A stretch of DNA of 46,333 bases from an uncultured Candidatus Saccharibacteria bacterium. GTDB taxonomy: Bacteria; Patescibacteriota; CALEFQ01; G965231055. The number at the start of each line of letters is the position of its first letter. Positions within the stretch are counted from its first letter, which is position 1. The notes under the pieces were generated by a model that made no database searches, was not told the origin of the DNA, and saw nothing but the letters and a program-made list of their open reading frames with translations. A program made the translations under genes and the position numbers. Shown piece by piece: positions 43,791 through 46,333 of the stretch. The stretch covers positions 1 to 46,333 of the forward strand of contig OZ246411.1 of assembly GCA_965231055.1 (NCBI GenBank), read 5' to 3'.

Positions 43791-44045
43791 TTAGTTATTT
43801 TTATAATCCGCTGATAGCTTTAATTTTTCTATTCTAGATAGTTTTTTTATTTTGGCCTCGGCTCTTGATGCATTCGAACGAGAACGAAATCTTTTTGAAA
43901 ATACCAATTTCACAGGTCTACGAGACGAAGTATACTTTGCACCAAGTTTAGATAAATTGTGTTCACAAAGTCTTCTTTCAATATCAGTGGTAATACCTGT
44001 ATACAAACTACCATCAGAACAACTTACAATATATAGATAATACAT
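43791..44045 (-). CDS. GIY-YIG domain protein (UPF0213 type)
   Basis: An 84-aa ORF with YYLYIVSCSDGSLYTGITTDIERRLCEHN...GAKYT. Confidence 0.8.
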   Translation of the reverse strand: MYYLYIVSCSDGSLYTGITTDIERRLCEHNLSKLGAKYTSSRRPVKLVFSKRFRSRSNASRAEAKIKKLSRIEKLKLSADYKNN

Positions 44046-44221
44046 GTTTTGAATTTATAATCCATGTTATTATACCAGGAAAGCGCACATACAAGCTAAT
44101 AAACAAAAGTGCATTTGTTTATTTATGAATATTATGTATAATTAACATATATTTAAGTATTTAGAAAAATAAGTCGATTTTTTTACAGCTTAATATTTCA
44201 TTTATCTAAAAACAAAAAACC

Positions 44222-44425
44222 ATGACAGGAACAATCAAGAAAATTATTGGAGACAAGGGATTCGGATTCATAGCCGTTGAAGGCCAAGAAAAAGATCTCT
44301 TCTTCCACAGCAAGTCTTTGGTAGGTGTAGAATTCACCGAACTCAAAGAAGGTGACACAGTTTCTTTTGAAACAGAAACCACACCAAAAGGACCTGCAGC
44401 TATCAATGTACAAAAGGCTGCCTAG
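44222..44425 (+). CDS. cspA: Cold-shock domain protein
   Basis: A 67-aa ORF with the RNP1 motif KGFGFI and the RNP2-like motif DLFFH. Confidence 0.92.
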   Translation: MTGTIKKIIGDKGFGFIAVEGQEKDLFFHSKSLVGVEFTELKEGDTVSFETETTPKGPAAINVQKAA

Positions 44426-44432
44426 TCCGATC

Positions 44433-44464
44433 AAAAAAGCTATCTTTTATAGATAGCTTTTTTA
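44433..44464 (+). terminator. Intrinsic terminator after the cold-shock gene
   Basis: AGCTATCT-tttat-AGATAGCT, flanked by A6 and T6. Confidence 0.75.
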
Positions 44465-44488
44465 TTTCGCAAAATCTAATCCCAAAAC

Positions 44489-44533
44489 GAAAAAGAACCC
44501 CATGCTTTTAGAAAGCAACGGGGTTCTTAAAAA
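44489..44533 (-). terminator. Terminator after the 44553..46310 gene
   Basis: AAGAACCCC-18 nt-GGGGTTCTT, followed by a T-run on the minus strand. Confidence 0.6.
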
Positions 44534-44552
44534 TGCAAAAGATCAATCAGAA

Positions 44553-46310
44553 CTAGTTTACGTATCCGAGACTCCGAAGAGCTTCGAGCTGGTTTGTATC
44601 TACAGCAACTTGAGTTGAAGGAGAGTTTTCTTCACGAACCATAGCATATGCCTGATCCGGGGAGAGATATTGCGCACCTGGAAGAATAATTCCAGAGATT
44701 TCTTTTCTAGATCCTTTCCAATGAAAGAATCCATTTGGACGATGCATGATCTTATCAAGATCATAAGCAAATTCGTCCCTCTCAGGAAATTCTGTAGCAG
44801 GAACTCCCACTTCATTTTTTCGCACAACACCCATGTAAATAAAACTCTCTGTCTTGGTCTTGCGCTTTTCTTGGAATGGATAGCTCCTATAGCTAATCCA
44901 TGGTGATTGCCAAAGCAATCGCCGTTCTTTGTCCAAGATTCTTACAGCATAAACAGAATCACTTCCAGAAGAGCATGCAAAGGGCATATTTTCACCCATC
45001 GCCTGCCAGAAATTCGTTTTATCTTCCATGAGAGCTTGGAAATTCCCGTGTTCATCAAGTTTCCATTCCGATGCAATCACCTTAGTTCCAATGGCTTCAA
45101 ACACCAGATCGATGCCTTCAAGATAGTAAGCACCAGGAACCTTGACTGTTCCACTATACTCCGCGAAAAATTTACCATCCTCATTTGGATTCCACTCAAA
45201 CTCACCGTTATCAATGATGGAGTCTTCAAAATAGGATTTGAGCGAATCATAATCCTTAGTCCCAATTGAGGATGTCCCTGATCCAAATAAACGCCGACGA
45301 AATTTCAGATCCTTTTCCGGATCCGAAAGATAGGCCCACTTATCAGATAAACTGTAAGCCCTCCTGTGTTCCATCTGCGTTTTGCCCTGAATCACTGGAA
45401 GTAAATCTTTGCCGTCAATACCGGCAGGAGCAGATAGTCCAAGCACCGACACTATCGTAGGGAAAATGTCAGTTTGCTGACCGACACCGTTTGCGATTTT
45501 TCCAGCAGGAACAATCTCCTTGTTCGTATGGTAAAAAACCATAGGAATTCGGAGCACTTGTTCTGTGCCAATGACGTGTCCCCACAGATCTCCCTCTCCG
45601 AGGTTTTCGCCGTGATCGGCTACAAAGATGACCAGGGTATTTGGGATTTGAGAAATCTTATTCATGATTTTTCCCAAACCCTTGTCCCAATACTTCAACG
45701 CGCCGTAGTATTTGGCTAAAGTTGATTTTTTGGGATACCCGAGCTCATAGCCTGTTGGAATTTCCTCTTGACTTTCGTAGTCAAAAAAGGATTCTCCGTC
45801 AGCGACTTCGGAAAAAATCTGTGAATAGGGACTTGGGGGCGAGTAAGGATGGTGAGGATCGAAAGAGTGAATCCAGAGAAAAAATGGTTTTTCAGTTTGA
45901 GCCTTTTTGCTGTCGAGATATCCGCAAACGCCTTCCAGATAATCACCAGATCTTCTCCAGAACTTTTCGGGCATGTTCCTTTCTTCGAAATCTCTCGCAA
46001 GATCACCAAGAATTGAAACAGCGCAGAAACAGGCTGTCTCATAACCGTAACCCCGCAAAAATTTTGCAAGAGTCATCGATTCTTCCCCGAGAAGCGATTC
46101 ATTTCCGATCACTCCATGTCTATCCGGAAACTGACCGGTCATGATAGATGTGTGAGAAGGAAGAGTACAAGTAGCAACACTCACAGGAAATCTGATCTGG
46201 GTTCCGCTTTTTATCAAGCGGTCCAGATTTGGCATCAAGCCAGTTAAGTCACCGTACGACGAGAGTGATTCAGACCTTGTGGTGTCAGAAGAAATAATCA
46301 CGACATTCAT
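44553..46310 (-). CDS. Alkaline-phosphatase-superfamily hydrolase (sulfatase/NPP-like) with a Thr at the nucleophile position and a C-terminal extension of about 250 aa of unknown function
   Basis: A 585-aa ORF with the metal-site segments VVIISSDTTR and FVADHGENLGE. The nucleophile segment TLPSHTSIMTGQFPDRHGV aligns to both CxPSRxxxxTG (sulfatase) and TFPNHYSIVTG (NPP). GC is visibly higher than the window average. Confidence 0.7.
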   Translation of the reverse strand: MNVVIISSDTTRSESLSSYGDLTGLMPNLDRLIKSGTQIRFPVSVATCTLPSHTSIMTGQFPDRHGVIGNESLLGEESMTLAKFLRGYGYETACFCAVSILGDLARDFEERNMPEKFWRRSGDYLEGVCGYLDSKKAQTEKPFFLWIHSFDPHHPYSPPSPYSQIFSEVADGESFFDYESQEEIPTGYELGYPKKSTLAKYYGALKYWDKGLGKIMNKISQIPNTLVIFVADHGENLGEGDLWGHVIGTEQVLRIPMVFYHTNKEIVPAGKIANGVGQQTDIFPTIVSVLGLSAPAGIDGKDLLPVIQGKTQMEHRRAYSLSDKWAYLSDPEKDLKFRRRLFGSGTSSIGTKDYDSLKSYFEDSIIDNGEFEWNPNEDGKFFAEYSGTVKVPGAYYLEGIDLVFEAIGTKVIASEWKLDEHGNFQALMEDKTNFWQAMGENMPFACSSGSDSVYAVRILDKERRLLWQSPWISYRSYPFQEKRKTKTESFIYMGVVRKNEVGVPATEFPERDEFAYDLDKIMHRPNGFFHWKGSRKEISGIILPGAQYLSPDQAYAMVREENSPSTQVAVDTNQLEALRSLGYVN

Positions 46311-46333
46311 TCGAAGCTTGATTGGATCCGAGA

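Noticed and set aside
44198-44434. Minus-strand ORFs antisense to the cold-shock gene.
   Set aside because: The plus-strand frame encodes a textbook CSD with RNP1 and RNP2 motifs.
1-46333. Restriction-site clusters at both window ends (GTCGAC and GGATCC at 31-46; AAGCTT and GGATCC at 46316-46330), considered as possible cloning-vector junctions.
   Set aside because: The right-hand sites lie immediately upstream of a normal gene start and the left-hand ones inside native-looking hairpins. No vector backbone sequence is recognisable, so coincidence is more likely.
1-46333. An alternative genetic code (UGA recoding, as in some CPR lineages).
   Set aside because: Long conserved genes read through cleanly with code 11. 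TGA also terminates a conserved ABC ATPase at the ATGA overlap (28865-28868).
1-46333. A CRISPR array, rRNA or tRNA genes, a transposase or integrase, or prophage genes.
   Set aside because: No spaced direct repeats of 25-40 nt, no tRNA-like T-arm other than the one in ssrA, and no recombinase-like ORF were seen on either strand.

Overview
This is a gene-dense, AT-rich window, roughly one-third GC by eye. It uses the standard bacterial code: TGA acts as a stop, for example in the ATGA overlap at 28865-28868. Most genes lie on the minus strand. The content looks like a small-genome monoderm bacterium of the Patescibacteria/CPR type, which is an inference from gene content.

Housekeeping genes recognised:
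- argS
- smpB followed directly by a one-piece tmRNA (ssrA)
- infC-rpmI-rplT
- lgt, rsmH, leuS, typA/bipA, metK and a cold-shock protein

Accessory content:
- a 1186-aa surface protein with a seven-blade FG-GAP propeller
- two ABC exporters (ABC-2 type and MacB/FtsX type)
- an Rrf2 regulator next to a DUF1858 redox protein
- an RND permease
- a GT2 glycosyltransferase and a CAP-domain protein
- a heliorhodopsin
- several short membrane proteins and a few higher-GC genes with strong Shine-Dalgarno sites

Observations most worth follow-up:
1. A complete group-3b-type [NiFe]-hydrogenase operon (beta-gamma-delta-alpha plus an upstream ferredoxin). Its large subunit has lost both N-terminal Ni-Fe cysteines and ends before the C-terminal DPCxxC motif. 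An isochorismatase-family gene is inserted into the operon.
2. A LeuRS carrying an in-frame insertion of about 150 aa with a perfect Nudix box.
3. A stand-alone heliorhodopsin gene bracketed by terminators.
4. Period-7 (heptanucleotide) tandem arrays in inverted pairs on both sides of smpB, with degenerate arrays starting at the TAG stop codons of argS and the ferredoxin gene.
5. A four-way-junction leader plus terminator upstream of metK that does not show the SAM-I consensus.

No CRISPR array, rRNA, tRNA or recognisable transposase was seen.
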